64,000 nucleotides of DNA from an uncultured Parachlamydiaceae bacterium (GTDB lineage Bacteria > Chlamydiota > Chlamydiia > Chlamydiales > Parachlamydiaceae). Location of the stretch: contig CAVVXH010000011.1 in assembly GCA_963752155.1 (NCBI GenBank), positions 64,001-128,000 of the forward strand, read 5' to 3'. The number at the start of each line of letters is the position of its first letter. Within the stretch, counting starts at the first letter, position 1. The position numbers were made by a program, and so were the translations under genes. Under the pieces are notes generated by a model, which was given only the letters and a program-made list of their open reading frames with translations, made no database searches and was not told the DNA's origin. Shown here one piece after another: positions 20,470-31,483 of the stretch.

Positions 20470-21937
20470 AGCTTGGCTCCAGAATCACTTTAAATAAATA
20501 AGGGGATGGCGATGAATCTGCCCGTGTCTTTGTATTACGTAAAGTGCTTTGAATTCCCCCCACCACATACCCTATAAAAGTTGGTTTCTTGATTTCGTCT
20601 AACTTAATAACATAATTTTGATACTTTGGAACACTTTTAAACAAAATAACTTCAGCCTCTGTACCAAATAAAAGTTGGTTACCTGCGTTAACAACTTTAG
20701 ATGGAATAAATGGAAAACTTCCATCTTTAATGAAATGTTGTGTATAGTTTCCATGTCTATCAATCTTAATCGCCGTTGTCTGATTAATAAACGGAAAATC
20801 TGAATCCGTTTCAAAGGAGAAATGACCATCTATCTCCTTAAAGAAGCCATAGCTGATCCCCCCTAATAAAAGAACAAACATCTCACCTGTCTTTTCAGAA
20901 AACATTCCAAATGTGGCACAATCATAATTATTCATTCCTTGTTTAAATGTTGAAGGAAGAAGAGGATCTGCCATTGAAGGCTTTCCTTTTGCAGTAATTT
21001 CCACAGGTACAGTCCAAATTCCAACTGAAGGTGTAAATACACCCGAAAAAACTGAAAAGCTTTGTTTAAGTTTTTTACCTTCTTTTTTGACTATTGGCAC
21101 CACATTTAAATCTCGCCGACGATAATTCGGATCAGGGATCGCTGGTAAGGAACTTTCAGAAGTAAATGATAAATTCACTCCATCATCATGTATACGAAAA
21201 CGGCGAACTTGCTCTGTATACTGCTGAAAAACTGGTGGCTGTTGCGAAGAATTATTATAAAATCCATTAAATTCATTACCCATAATCAGTAGAGTAGAAT
21301 GATCTCCTATTTTATTCATATATCCACCCGTGACTTTGAAAACATCGTCAAAAATATGCCGGATATGCTCGGCTGCGGTTTCACCTCGATGAGGATTAAT
21401 GACCCAATGCATCAATCCAGGTATATTAATGGCAGTCAAGGAGTTTTTTGTATTAAATTGCCCTGTACTGGTATCCACTCCATACCCACCTGTTATATAT
21501 AACGTGTTATCCAATTGATAAGCTTGTGCGGCGGTTACGGAAAGCAAATCGATTTGTTCCTGAGTCAACCCTGAATTTGAATCTAACAAAGATCGAGTAA
21601 AGCTTTTTTTACTCATGGGATCGATGACCACGACTGTTGTATTTTGCAAATTAGGAGGGAAATTATTAGAGCTATTTGATACAAATCCATGCAAGCCATC
21701 AACTCTACCTGCAATGAGGAGCCATTTGTCATCATGTACACCATGCACATACGATTGTAAACCTACTGGGAGTTTAAATTTTGTTTTTTTAAGCTTTATG
21801 CGAAAGGGTAGAGAACGATCAGAATGAATCTTGCTGACATCTGGCGTCTGATTTTCCGCACAAAGAGAAGTCCACAGCCCCATCCAAAGCATTGAAAATG
21901 TGCATAAAGTTTTTTGAACAGCTATCCATTTCATCAT
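20468..21937 (-). CDS. Secreted hypothetical protein, Kelch/beta-propeller-like
   Basis: N-terminal signal peptide; repeated hydrophobic-GG motifs (LYITGGYG, KVTGGYM, LLLGGIS, YVVGGIQ). Confidence 0.65.
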   Translation of the reverse strand: MMKWIAVQKTLCTFSMLWMGLWTSLCAENQTPDVSKIHSDRSLPFRIKLKKTKFKLPVGLQSYVHGVHDDKWLLIAGRVDGLHGFVSNSSNNFPPNLQNTTVVVIDPMSKKSFTRSLLDSNSGLTQEQIDLLSVTAAQAYQLDNTLYITGGYGVDTSTGQFNTKNSLTAINIPGLMHWVINPHRGETAAEHIRHIFDDVFKVTGGYMNKIGDHSTLLIMGNEFNGFYNNSSQQPPVFQQYTEQVRRFRIHDDGVNLSFTSESSLPAIPDPNYRRRDLNVVPIVKKEGKKLKQSFSVFSGVFTPSVGIWTVPVEITAKGKPSMADPLLPSTFKQGMNNYDCATFGMFSEKTGEMFVLLLGGISYGFFKEIDGHFSFETDSDFPFINQTTAIKIDRHGNYTQHFIKDGSFPFIPSKVVNAGNQLLFGTEAEVILFKSVPKYQNYVIKLDEIKKPTFIGYVVGGIQSTLRNTKTRADSSPSPYLFKVILEPS

Positions 21938-22051
21938 AGTTCCTTATTGTTTTTAAGTTATAGAGCGTAGGAGACACTCAAAAAATGTTTTGAACATTTT
22001 TTTCGCATCTTACTTCATCGCTTAGCCTCTAGCAACAATAAAGAACAGCTT

Positions 22052-22556
22052 TCATCTAGATTCGAGGGATTTTTTATGAAGGATGGCGACTTTAAAAATA
22101 GATCCAAAGAGTTTTGGATGTTTATTTTGCAACGTCTTTAATTCTTCCACACTAAACTGCAGTGAAATTAATCCTATCACATATTTTTTTAAATTATAGA
22201 TCTCTTCTTTCAACTGTACAAGATTTTTTGATTTTTCAAGAATATTGTTTTGAAGATTATCTATGGAAAATCTAATGTAAAAACTATCATAACAGATAGA
22301 TTTTATTTTTTCTAATCCTTCAAGACATTGTGTTCTCATTTCATTAATGATTTGTTCTTCTGTAAAAACATTCATTTATAATGCGTTTGAAGTAAGTGTG
22401 TTTAAAGACATATATCTTAAAACATTTCCAAATAGATCTGCTGGAATAATACCAAAATCTGCAGGAGTTTCTGGATTCTTTGTAGATTTATGAACTAAAC
22501 TCTCATCAATTTTAGTCCCATTTAAACCTTCCTCAATTATCGTTCATATTGTTCAT
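22052..22556 (-). pseudogene. Degraded F-box-like protein gene
   Basis: In frame upstream of the 107-aa ORF, across a single TAA (22376-22378), the sequence reads IEEGLNG...DFGIIPADLFGNVLRYMSLNTL (F-box-like). The upstream ATGs are out of frame. Confidence 0.5.
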
Positions 22557-22659
22557 AATTAACTATGTTAAATTAAAAAATAATATCTGCTATAATAAAA
22601 GTAGAGCGTCAATTATATTTTGTAATACAAACATTGCAAATACAAAAAAAGGTAATATT

Positions 22660-23161
22660 ATGGAACCCGTAAATACATCAGCTGAACCCACTAAACCAGA
22701 CCCTTCTCAATTGTTTAGTCGCAAAGACACAACCATTATAGGACATGTTTTTAAAACTTTAAATTTAAATAATAACAGTTTAAAGTCATTAGCTAAAAAA
22801 ATAGGTATCTATATTAACAATTGTTCCAGGTTTGATTTTCGGAGTAGACTGTTTAGGAGAATTGAAAAGTAGAGATGGACAAATTTCTGAATTTAAAAAA
22901 GAACTTCAAGGTGAAGAAAAAGAGGTTAGCGAAGGAAACAAAATAATTATAGATGAATTCGAAAAACATCTTAATAAAGATGGAAAATTAGATAAAGAAC
23001 AATTTAAAAAAAATGTGTACGCGAAGCTTATTATGGGTGCGGAGGAACCTGATGATGAGAAGTATAATCTCATCTTAAATTTCGTTGAAAATCTTTACCC
23101 TGATCCTCCAAAAATAACTAAAAAAATTCCAGTTCATTATCCAATGTATCCGATGCCTTAA
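22660..23161 (+). CDS. Hypothetical protein, probably one gene split by a frameshift near 22810-22830
   Basis: MEPVNTS... follows an AAGG RBS; the overlapping downstream frame (..VPGLIFGVDCLGELK) continues to 23161. Confidence 0.45.
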
Positions 23162-23189
23162 ATAAGCGTTCACGGGGTACTTATGGGTA

Positions 23190-23374
23190 GACGTTTTTCG
23201 ACCAAAACCTTGCCATTTCTTCCCCCCATTTCCGGACCCAAAATACGTGACTTCATAAAGTATGCATCCCTGATTATAACATCCAAAAACTTTTTGGATG
23301 TTATAATCAGGGATGCATACTTAATTAGAAGTCACGTATTTTGGATCCGGAAATGGGTGGAAGAAATGGCAAGG
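23190..23374. repeat. Palindromic element family B
   Basis: 167-bp near-perfect hairpin 23208-23374 centred on ATCCAAAAACTTTTTGGAT; the 32-bp leader is identical to 48358-48389. Confidence 0.92.
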
Positions 23375-23411
23375 CTATTTTCAAGATGAGATCCTCTGGT
23401 TCAAAGAATCT

Positions 23412-23455
23412 AAAAAACAAAAAAAAAGAGCGGACTTTTGACGGTCCGCCCTTTC
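23412..23455 (-). terminator. Putative intrinsic terminator of omcB
   Basis: GCGGAC/GTCCGC stem followed on the minus strand by a long T run, just past the omcB stop. Confidence 0.6.
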
Positions 23456-23476
23456 AGTTTAAATGTAAACTAATGC

Positions 23477-25300
23477 TTAGTTCACAATTGTGCTTTCTTG
23501 CTCTACAAGTGGTGTCTTCATCGATTCTGAAGAAACTTGCACTTGAATACGAGCATCACCTGACTCTTTAGCACGAGCATCAACTCTGTAACGTAGAGTT
23601 TGTCTCGGTCCTAAGTTATCATAAGGAGCAAAAGTCACGGTTTGACCTTGAACATTCGCTTCAGAATCCCCTGTGGCAGCCATAGGAGCAATTTCTGAAG
23701 GGAAGTTTAGAGCCACTTGAACGTTTTGATCAGATTCTGATCCTTGGTTGACAACAGTGACACAATAACTTGTGGATTCACCGATGCAAATTGGATTCTC
23801 AGTCACTGTCGTGCATACGTTCAAAGCTGGACGTCCTTTCCAACGTGTTGTGAACTCTGCATTAGCACAGCAGCCTTGGCAGTTCGTTACATTCACACGG
23901 TTAGTAAAGCAACCAGGAGTACATGTTGTTAGAGTGAGGTTAAAGGTAACTTTTTCATTTGGCTTTAACTCTCTTAATCTCCATACAGCTTGATTGCCAT
24001 TGATCGTTGCGCCATTCGCTGAAACAATACTTGTTGAGCTTGGAGCTAAATCTGTGACGATGACTTCTGTCAAAGGTTTATCGCCTGGGTTGACAACAGT
24101 AATTTCGTAATCAGCATTTTTGCCAATTGTTTGCTCTTTAGTGCCAACTTTGTAAAGTTCAATACATTCCTTACAAATGTTTGTGCACCATTGGCAAGAA
24201 ACAGAATCTGCATTGCAAGCAGTCACAACTGCAGTGTTGCAAACTTTACCACGCTTAACAGCTGTTAGGCATACGTTGACCTTTTTAGATTCGCAAGGCT
24301 CTAAAGATCCAAGCTTAAATGAAAGAGTACGTAAACCACTTGTGTGCTCTAGGCCTGGAGGTATATTATCTGTAATACGTACATCTTCAGCTGCGCAGCT
24401 TCCTCTGTTCGATACTGTGATCGTGTAGTGGATTGGGTCGCCAGGGCAAACTTCTTCCGGACCACATTTTTCGCAAGTCAGAACAGGATGTGCACAGAGT
24501 AGTGAGCAGAAACGTACAGGAGTAGCTGTTGCACAGAAGCATACACACATTTCTCCTTCACAGTTACACTTTAGCCAAATTTGGGCAGGACGAACCTCAC
24601 CTTCACTCATTGGCCCAATTAACCAACTCACTTCTCTACCCTCAACGCGAGCTTCAGGTTGGCTGCGCACGTAAGTCACACCTTCAGGAAGATGGGCCTT
24701 AACGGTAGCATCGCAAATATCTTTGCAAGCTTTGATTTCAAACTTCAAAGGATATTGGTCTCCAAGCATACACATAGAAGGATTAGCAGCAGTGACTGAG
24801 ATCCCATCCGCGCAGCAGAGTTCATTGTGAGATGGGTGGCGGCACTTAACTAGCACTTTGCAAGGCTCTTCACATGGAGGAGGACATGCAGGAGCACATC
24901 TAGGCGGGCATGCAGGAGCGCACTTTGGCGGACATGCTGGTGCACACTTAGGTTGGCAGGAAGGTGCTGGCGGGCAAACCGGAGCACACTTAGGTGCGCA
25001 TGGCTGCGAGCATGATTGTGGTTGTGGACATACCGGCGCACATCTAGGTGGTGGGCATTCTGGAGGACAATCCACTGGGCCGACCGGAGCACACTGTGGT
25101 GGGCATGAAGGAGGGCAATTATCCTCATAGGATCTATCAAAAGCAGGTTCGTAAACCTGATTGTATGCCGTTTCACACGGATCATCATAGCAACATTTGT
25201 CGGCGCAGCCTGCAAATAACAAAGCAGACACAGCGACAAAAAGCAACGAGGCTAATAACCCTAGTTGTTTTTTCATTAAACGACTCCTTTGTGTTGTCAT
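23477..25300 (-). CDS. omcB: Large cysteine-rich periplasmic/outer-envelope protein OmcB
   Basis: Very Cys-rich; DUF11-like repeats (YTITVSNRGS, YEITVVNPGD, YCVTVVNQGS); C-terminal ESTIVN; N-terminal CPPxCAP repeats. Confidence 0.93.
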   Translation of the reverse strand: MTTQRSRLMKKQLGLLASLLFVAVSALLFAGCADKCCYDDPCETAYNQVYEPAFDRSYEDNCPPSCPPQCAPVGPVDCPPECPPPRCAPVCPQPQSCSQPCAPKCAPVCPPAPSCQPKCAPACPPKCAPACPPRCAPACPPPCEEPCKVLVKCRHPSHNELCCADGISVTAANPSMCMLGDQYPLKFEIKACKDICDATVKAHLPEGVTYVRSQPEARVEGREVSWLIGPMSEGEVRPAQIWLKCNCEGEMCVCFCATATPVRFCSLLCAHPVLTCEKCGPEEVCPGDPIHYTITVSNRGSCAAEDVRITDNIPPGLEHTSGLRTLSFKLGSLEPCESKKVNVCLTAVKRGKVCNTAVVTACNADSVSCQWCTNICKECIELYKVGTKEQTIGKNADYEITVVNPGDKPLTEVIVTDLAPSSTSIVSANGATINGNQAVWRLRELKPNEKVTFNLTLTTCTPGCFTNRVNVTNCQGCCANAEFTTRWKGRPALNVCTTVTENPICIGESTSYCVTVVNQGSESDQNVQVALNFPSEIAPMAATGDSEANVQGQTVTFAPYDNLGPRQTLRYRVDARAKESGDARIQVQVSSESMKTPLVEQESTIVN

Positions 25301-25401
25301 TTTGTTATACTTTGAACTTGATTTATTTTGCTACAGAGATCACTGAACAACCTGTTTTAGCTCAGAGACCCATGAAGTAAATAAAGCTTCCTTACTAAAG
25401 T

Positions 25402-25653
25402 TTATGGCGCATAAATGGGATGATACCCACCATCATTTGGCTCTAAGCAACAACGAGGCTTGCAACAACACCAGCGTCTAGGGCATTTAGGGCAATAGCA
25501 ATAAGGATCGCCACTCGTATAAACCCCACAATTTGATTGCGAACCGGCTCCGTTCGGTGGACATTCACAAAAATTTAAGTGACGCGTACAACAACAACCA
25601 GTGAGATTTAAGGCTGTTAATACTATGATTAATGAGGCTAGTAATCGCTTCAT
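25402..25653 (-). CDS. Small cysteine-rich lipoprotein, OmcA-like
   Basis: Lipobox LTGC followed by CC; Cys-rich; directly upstream of omcB. Confidence 0.75.
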   Translation of the reverse strand: MKRLLASLIIVLTALNLTGCCCTRHLNFCECPPNGAGSQSNCGVYTSGDPYCYCPKCPRRWCCCKPRCCLEPNDGGYHPIYAP

Positions 25654-25759
25654 GAGTTATCTTGAGCTTGCGTTGATGGATCATATTTACACATTTACTG
25701 CATTAAGGGGTTTTCCCCCTTATTGCAGGGTAAAAAGGCTTGACAGCCTCACACCAAAA

Positions 25760-25945
25760 TTAGTAGCAGCAATCCCTTGGAGCATTGCAAACTGGTGGTG
25801 GACAGCACTTTGGTGCTGGGCAGCAAATTGGCTTGCAAGGACGTGCACATGGCTCATCGCAACAATCACGATTACCACAACAACTTGCTAACATTCCTGC
25901 TGCCATCATGAGTGCACCCATTGAGGCTAATATTCGGCTTTTCAT
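25760..25945 (-). CDS. omcA: Small cysteine-rich lipoprotein OmcA
   Basis: Lipobox LASC, then CC...DCCDEPCARPCKP; AGGAG RBS; upstream of omcB. Confidence 0.8.
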   Translation of the reverse strand: MKSRILASMGALMMAAGMLASCCGNRDCCDEPCARPCKPICCPAPKCCPPPVCNAPRDCCY

Positions 25946-26154
25946 AACAACTCCTATTGTTATTGTTTTTAAGGAAACTTTTAACTTTCTTTGCTGTCTT
26001 TTGGCATATTTTTACCCTGCCAAGTAAGCAAACAAAGGATGTTTTATCTCTTTTACATACGCATCTGACAATAAAACCGCTACAAATTTTTTTTGCTTAC
26101 GGAATATTTTTTTAAAAAAGATGTAAAGCACTCAACAGGAGGGAGTTATAAAGA

Positions 26155-27027
26155 TCAATTTTTTTTGAGAACGGTAGTGTGACCTCGCCAACCTAATTTT
26201 TCCCTTAGAGTAAGAAAATAATTGTGCTGAGGCAAGGCAACGAGTGTGAAAAAGCGCTTAGATCGCACGATAGTATATCTTCCTGTGGGTTTCATTTGGA
26301 AACTTTGATGCCCATCACAGTGAATATCGACATTGTCTTGACGTTCAACGGTATCGTCCAACAAATAGTAAATTTCAATTTTTTCTTGAGGCATCAGAAT
26401 CACTGGCCTATTGGAGATCGTGTGGGGGCAAATAGGAGTGAGTACGAAGGCTTCAATTTCAGGAGTCACAATAGGACCTCCTGCAGCCAAAGAATAGGCT
26501 GTAGAACCACTTGGGGTGGAAATGATAATTCCATCTGCAGAAAATGTGTTGAGATAGATCCCATCAACATAAATAGCCAAATCGATCAAAGAAGGGTTGC
26601 TTGCACGATGAATAACAATCTCATTGACAGCAAGACATGGAGCATTGTTTTCCGAAAATCCCTCCATCATGATTCGATTTTTTGTCGAATAATTTCCCGA
26701 AAGCAACTGCTCTAAACTTGGAAAGATTTCATCGAAAGGGATATCTGCCATAAATCCCAACCCACCCAAATTAATGGCCATGAAAGGGGCATTAACTTCG
26801 GGATAGCTATACACTGCCCTGAGGATTGTTCCATCACCACCGAGTGTAATGACAAAATCAATTGATTTTGGATCGACTTGAGAAACAGGACGCGCTTGAA
26901 TTGAGGAGGCAATTGCATCTTTAGCATAAACCTCGACATCTCTTTGAGATAAAAATTCAGTGATCTCTGCAGCAATTTTCAGTGCATTTTCTTTGGATAA
27001 ATTTGGTTCAACAATGATTTTAAACAT
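26155..27027 (-). CDS. nadK: NAD(+) kinase
   Basis: GGDGT, NE and [15 protein letters not shown] motifs; likely start MFKII at 27027 overlaps the dxs stop. Confidence 0.95.
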   Translation of the reverse strand: MFKIIVEPNLSKENALKIAAEITEFLSQRDVEVYAKDAIASSIQARPVSQVDPKSIDFVITLGGDGTILRAVYSYPEVNAPFMAINLGGLGFMADIPFDEIFPSLEQLLSGNYSTKNRIMMEGFSENNAPCLAVNEIVIHRASNPSLIDLAIYVDGIYLNTFSADGIIISTPSGSTAYSLAAGGPIVTPEIEAFVLTPICPHTISNRPVILMPQEKIEIYYLLDDTVERQDNVDIHCDGHQSFQMKPTGRYTIVRSKRFFTLVALPQHNYFLTLREKLGWRGHTTVLKKN

Positions 27028-28918
27028 CGCTTGTCCTCGCGCCTTGTAAAGACCTACCAACCAATTTTTCCACAATTTTTGGCGCAGTCAATCCAAGAGC
27101 ATTCATCAGTTCCTTATGACTTCCATGTTCGACGAAAGCTTCTGGAATACCAAAATTCATCACTTCGATGTTCGTATAACCAAAGCTCATGAGGAAATGA
27201 TTGATGATTGACCCCATCCCTCCACTGAGAGCATGCTCTTCAATCGTCACAATTTTGGTATGGGTGAGTAACAATTGGCAAAGTAAATCTGAATCAAGAG
27301 GTTTGACAAAAATCGGATCCAACAGGGTTGCATTGATGCCTTCCTCTTTTAATCGGTCACAAATTTCCAAACCTACTGTACACATATGCCCTAAGGCAAT
27401 AATCAAGAGTCCACTTCCTTCGCGTAGCACCTCTCCTTTACCAAGGGGTCGATGCATAACAGGTAACTCGGGCTCCTGAGTCGCTAAATTAGGGTATCGA
27501 ATCGCTGTGGGCTTTCCGTAGGTGAATGAAGATTCCAACAGCTCTTTGAGGAGATGTCCGTTCCGCGGTTGAGAAATGACCATATTAGGCATGGCATTAA
27601 GAAACGCAATGTCATAAATTCCGTGATGAGTAGAGCCGTCGGGTCCTGAGATTCCTCCGCGATCAATCGCAAAGACCACCGGTAGATGCTGTAAACAAAC
27701 ATCATGAAAAAGATTATCAAAAGCACGTTGTAAGAATGTCGCATAGATGGAACAAACAACTTTCATCCGCCCACCATAAGCTAACCCTCCGCAAAAAGTC
27801 ACTGCATGAGACTCAGCAATCCCTACATCGAAACATCGTTCAGGAAATTTTTTAATAAACGGGTCTAAGCATGAACCTGCAGTCATCGCGGGGGTAACGA
27901 CCACAAGACTTGGATCATTTTCTGCCATTTTCAAAATATGCGAGCCAAAAATTTTCGGATAGGTGGGATCATTAGAAAGGGTGGAAAGAAATTTACCTGT
28001 ATCGGGATCAAAGGGCTTTACTCCGTGATAACTGACTGGATTTTTAACAGCTTCTTCCATCCCCTGCCCTTTTTTAGTCAGCACGTGAATCACCACCGGC
28101 CACTGAGATTCTTTTACCCCCGCGAAGACATCGATGAGCTTCTTAATATCATGTCCATCAATGGGACCAATATAGCTTAATCCATACTGTTCAAAAAAAG
28201 CAGCAGGGCTCACGAGGTTTTTCAACGATTCAGTAATCTTATGCCCCTGCTTGGATAAAAGAGACCCGAAACCGGGAATCTTTGAAAGAAGGTTGTCAAC
28301 TTCCTGATAGATACGAGTGGTCGTTGGATTACTCAACATACGACTTAAAATATGGGTGATAGCTCCCACATTTTTCGAAATCGACATCTCATTGTCATTT
28401 AAAATGATAATAAAACGTTTTAGATCCCGTGAAATGTTATTCAGAGCCTCCTGAGACATCCCGCACGTTAAAGTAGCATCCCCAATGATGGGCAAGATAT
28501 ACTCTTTTCTGCCAGTAAGATCTCGATTTTTTGAAACACCTAAAGCTAGAGAAAGAGCTGTCCCTGCATGCCCAGCATGAAAATGATCGTGCTCTGATTC
28601 TTGCGGATGGCTAAATCCACAAAGCCCTTTGAATTGACGAATCGAATCAAACCGAGAATTCCGTCCCGTGAGAATTTTATGCGTATAAGTTTGATGGCTG
28701 ACATCCCATATGAGTTTATCCTCCGGAGAATTAAAAACGTAATGGAGTGCCATCGTGAGCTCGACTGAACCCAGATTGGACGCTAAATGCCCCCCGTTAA
28801 CGGAAAGAACTTCGATGATTCGTTGTCGAATTTCCGAAGCCAATTGGATCAGTTCGTTTAAGGAGAGCCCTTTTATTCCCTGCGGGGACTCGATTTTTGG
28901 AAGAATAGGTAACATCAT
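27020..28918 (-). CDS. dxs: 1-deoxy-D-xylulose-5-phosphate synthase
   Basis: [18 protein letters not shown]...NDN TPP motif, DVGIAE, DRGG..GPDGSTH. Confidence 0.98.
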   Translation of the reverse strand: MMLPILPKIESPQGIKGLSLNELIQLASEIRQRIIEVLSVNGGHLASNLGSVELTMALHYVFNSPEDKLIWDVSHQTYTHKILTGRNSRFDSIRQFKGLCGFSHPQESEHDHFHAGHAGTALSLALGVSKNRDLTGRKEYILPIIGDATLTCGMSQEALNNISRDLKRFIIILNDNEMSISKNVGAITHILSRMLSNPTTTRIYQEVDNLLSKIPGFGSLLSKQGHKITESLKNLVSPAAFFEQYGLSYIGPIDGHDIKKLIDVFAGVKESQWPVVIHVLTKKGQGMEEAVKNPVSYHGVKPFDPDTGKFLSTLSNDPTYPKIFGSHILKMAENDPSLVVVTPAMTAGSCLDPFIKKFPERCFDVGIAESHAVTFCGGLAYGGRMKVVCSIYATFLQRAFDNLFHDVCLQHLPVVFAIDRGGISGPDGSTHHGIYDIAFLNAMPNMVISQPRNGHLLKELLESSFTYGKPTAIRYPNLATQEPELPVMHRPLGKGEVLREGSGLLIIALGHMCTVGLEICDRLKEEGINATLLDPIFVKPLDSDLLCQLLLTHTKIVTIEEHALSGGMGSIINHFLMSFGYTNIEVMNFGIPEAFVEHGSHKELMNALGLTAPKIVEKLVGRSLQGARTSDV

Positions 28919-28968
28919 AATTGCCGTGTGTTATGACCTTATTCAGACCTAAAGGTGAATGAGGCCTA

Positions 28969-29238
28969 TTATTGTGCTCGTTGCGTCATAGGTTTCTGAT
29001 CAGGCCCCAGGGCAAGATCGCCATTTCGCGTTTTAATGAGCATTTCAATTTTCCTTTCTGCATCATTTAAGCGTTGGTTGCAGAGAGTAATGAGCTTATC
29101 AGCTTCTTCAAAAAGCTTAAGGGATTCATCTAGGCTAACACTAGTTGAATTCATACGCTCCAGAATCGCTTCTAGCCGTGAAAAAGCAGCTTCAAAACTC
29201 TCTGGATCGATAGGGCTTGTAGAGGATGAATGATTCAC
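28969..29238 (-). CDS. xseB: Exodeoxyribonuclease VII small subunit
   Basis: [13 protein letters not shown]...[11 protein letters not shown]; located between xseA and dxs. Confidence 0.95.
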   Translation of the reverse strand: MNHSSSTSPIDPESFEAAFSRLEAILERMNSTSVSLDESLKLFEEADKLITLCNQRLNDAERKIEMLIKTRNGDLALGPDQKPMTQRAQ

Positions 29239-30578
29239 TTTTTTATAATTTCTTTAACGGTTGAAAAAATTTCCCCATCAGAGAGTAGCATACGTATCTC
29301 TTCTCCCTTTTCGATGGAACTTGCTGAAAGGATAACACAATTTGTCTTTTCACTAAAAGGGATTGCATAACCCTTTTGTAAGAGATTTTTTGGATCGATA
29401 GAATGCAAATTAGCGATTAAAAGCTGAAGTCTCTCTTTTCGACGATGCAAAAATCGTTCCCATTGTAGATCAAATTGTCTTTGGAGGCCCAAAAGATGCT
29501 TGCGAAACTGAATGATACGTACAGTGGGTTTGAGAGAATGAAGCTGTCTTTGCAATCCTTCAAGCTTAAACTTTCGCATTTGAACTTGGTGGTTCATTGT
29601 GTCTGTAAGTGTATCACGCAAACCATCGAGTCTTTGCATGGAAGAGGCCAATATGCCGTAAGGAGACGCTAGAAGTGGATGTTTAGCAATGGCTGAGAGT
29701 CTTTGCCTGTCATAACGAACCCGTTGAAGAAAAGTTTGTGTTAACCGATGACGCACCTGTCCAAGATGGTGTTCTACCTGTGCTTTGTCAGCTATCACCA
29801 TTGTTGCTGCAGCTGAGGGTGTTGGAGCTCTTACATCTGCCACAAAATCTGAGAGACAGACGTCTGTTTCATGACCCACAGCGGAAATAATAGGAATTTT
29901 ACTATTAAAAATGGCTTCAGCAACAATTTCCTCATTAAATGCCCAAAGATCCTCAATGCTGCCTCCCCCACGCCCTACAATCAGTACATCCGCAAGTGCA
30001 TAATCATTAAATTGATTGATCGCTCGAGCAATCTCAGCAGCAGCTCCTTCTCCTTGTACTCGCACAGGATTCAAAATCAAATGAAATCCTGGATAACGAC
30101 GACTCAACACATTGAGAATATCTTGGATAACTGCTCCGGTGGGACTAGTGACAACTCCTATCGTCTTGGGAAATTGAGGCAAAGCTTTTTTTAACTGAGG
30201 ATTAAACCATCCTTTGGCATGGAGCTTTGCTTTGAGCTCTTCGAGCTTAAGGAGGAGTTCCCCGAGGCCAAGATAACGGAGCTCACGCACAACGATTTGG
30301 TACTTGCCGCTTTGCGGGTAGACACTCAGCTCTCCGCGGATGATGACTTGAGCTCCATCTTTAGGAGGAATCTTTAATGCAGCAGCTTCGGAACGAAACA
30401 TGACGGCACCAATCTGCGCAGATGGATCTTTGAGAGAAAAATATAAATGACCTGATCCCTGAGCTTTAAAATTACTAATCTCTCCCTGAAGCCAAAGATG
30501 AGGAAAGGAGGATTCTAGGGATTGCTTGATTGCATGGGTAAGTTGAGTAACTGTTAAAACCTGAGGTTGTTGAAGCAT
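29235..30578 (-). CDS. xseA: Exodeoxyribonuclease VII large subunit
   Basis: [42 protein letters not shown]. Confidence 0.98.
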   Translation of the reverse strand: MLQQPQVLTVTQLTHAIKQSLESSFPHLWLQGEISNFKAQGSGHLYFSLKDPSAQIGAVMFRSEAAALKIPPKDGAQVIIRGELSVYPQSGKYQIVVRELRYLGLGELLLKLEELKAKLHAKGWFNPQLKKALPQFPKTIGVVTSPTGAVIQDILNVLSRRYPGFHLILNPVRVQGEGAAAEIARAINQFNDYALADVLIVGRGGGSIEDLWAFNEEIVAEAIFNSKIPIISAVGHETDVCLSDFVADVRAPTPSAAATMVIADKAQVEHHLGQVRHRLTQTFLQRVRYDRQRLSAIAKHPLLASPYGILASSMQRLDGLRDTLTDTMNHQVQMRKFKLEGLQRQLHSLKPTVRIIQFRKHLLGLQRQFDLQWERFLHRRKERLQLLIANLHSIDPKNLLQKGYAIPFSEKTNCVILSASSIEKGEEIRMLLSDGEIFSTVKEIIKK

Positions 30579-30638
30579 AGATGATTTTAATCTCTGTGGA
30601 TCGCATTTTTGAAGATCTTCAACATATCATTTTTTTGC

Positions 30639-30667
30639 TTGAGTTTCAACAGATTTATAATTACACT
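30639..30667 (+). promoter_or_regulatory. Putative sigma66 promoter of tpiA-secG
   Basis: TTGAGT-17 bp-TACACT, 25 bp upstream of the tpiA start. Confidence 0.35.
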
Positions 30668-30692
30668 AGAGTTTTATATCATAGAGGAATTG

Positions 30693-31475
30693 ATGCAAAA
30701 GGTTATTGTCGGCAATTGGAAAATGCATAAGACCATTGGTGAGACAGTATGCTACATTAAAGAGCTGATCCCATTAGTACAACAGAAAAGCCTTAAGCAA
30801 AATATGAACTGCAAAGTGATGTTAGCTGTTCCCTTCACCTCTTTAGGAACTGCAGCTATGCTCCTCGCTCAAACCGACATCATCGCCGGAGCGCAGAACA
30901 TCGATTTTCATGCTGAAGGAGCTTTTACGGGTGAGATTTCAGCTAAAATGATCAAAGAAGCTGGGGCTGAATTTGTCCTATTGGGGCATTCTGAAAGACG
31001 TCGATTGTTCCACGAGACATCTGAAACAGTGAATCACAAGGTGAGGGCAGCTTTAGCTTGTGAATTGCAACCCCTTCTCTGCATCGGTGAAACCTATGAT
31101 CAACGACAAGCTAATGACGTTGAAAGCGTGCTTCGAAAGCAACTTTTTACCTCATTAGGAAGTTTAGAAGCCCATGAAGCGACTTCCTTGATGATTGCTT
31201 ATGAACCTATTTGGGCTATCGGGACAGGTTTAACAGCTTCCTCGAAAGATGTTTCCTTTGTCCATGGGTTTCTTCGAAAGTTATTGACTGAACGATGGGG
31301 AAGTGCCTCTGCAAAGGCCATTCCCATTCTATATGGGGGCTCTGTCAAGGCTGAAAATGCCAAAGAGCTCCTAGAAATACATGATGTTGACGGAGTACTT
31401 GTGGGAGGGGCATCCCTTTCTACAGATTCGTTTAGCAAGATTATTTTTTCTCAACATGCATTAAATTTGAGTTAG
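30693..31475 (+). CDS. tpiA: Triosephosphate isomerase
   Basis: GNWKM, GAFTGEIS, GHSERR, AYEPIWAIGTG, YGGSV, VGGASL. Confidence 0.98.
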   Translation: MQKVIVGNWKMHKTIGETVCYIKELIPLVQQKSLKQNMNCKVMLAVPFTSLGTAAMLLAQTDIIAGAQNIDFHAEGAFTGEISAKMIKEAGAEFVLLGHSERRRLFHETSETVNHKVRAALACELQPLLCIGETYDQRQANDVESVLRKQLFTSLGSLEAHEATSLMIAYEPIWAIGTGLTASSKDVSFVHGFLRKLLTERWGSASAKAIPILYGGSVKAENAKELLEIHDVDGVLVGGASLSTDSFSKIIFSQHALNLS

Positions 31476-31483
31476 GTTTTCCT

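Noticed and set aside
24850..25380. Gly/His-rich and other ORFs overlapping omcB
   Set aside because: They are antisense or alternate-frame shadows of the Pro/Cys repeats.
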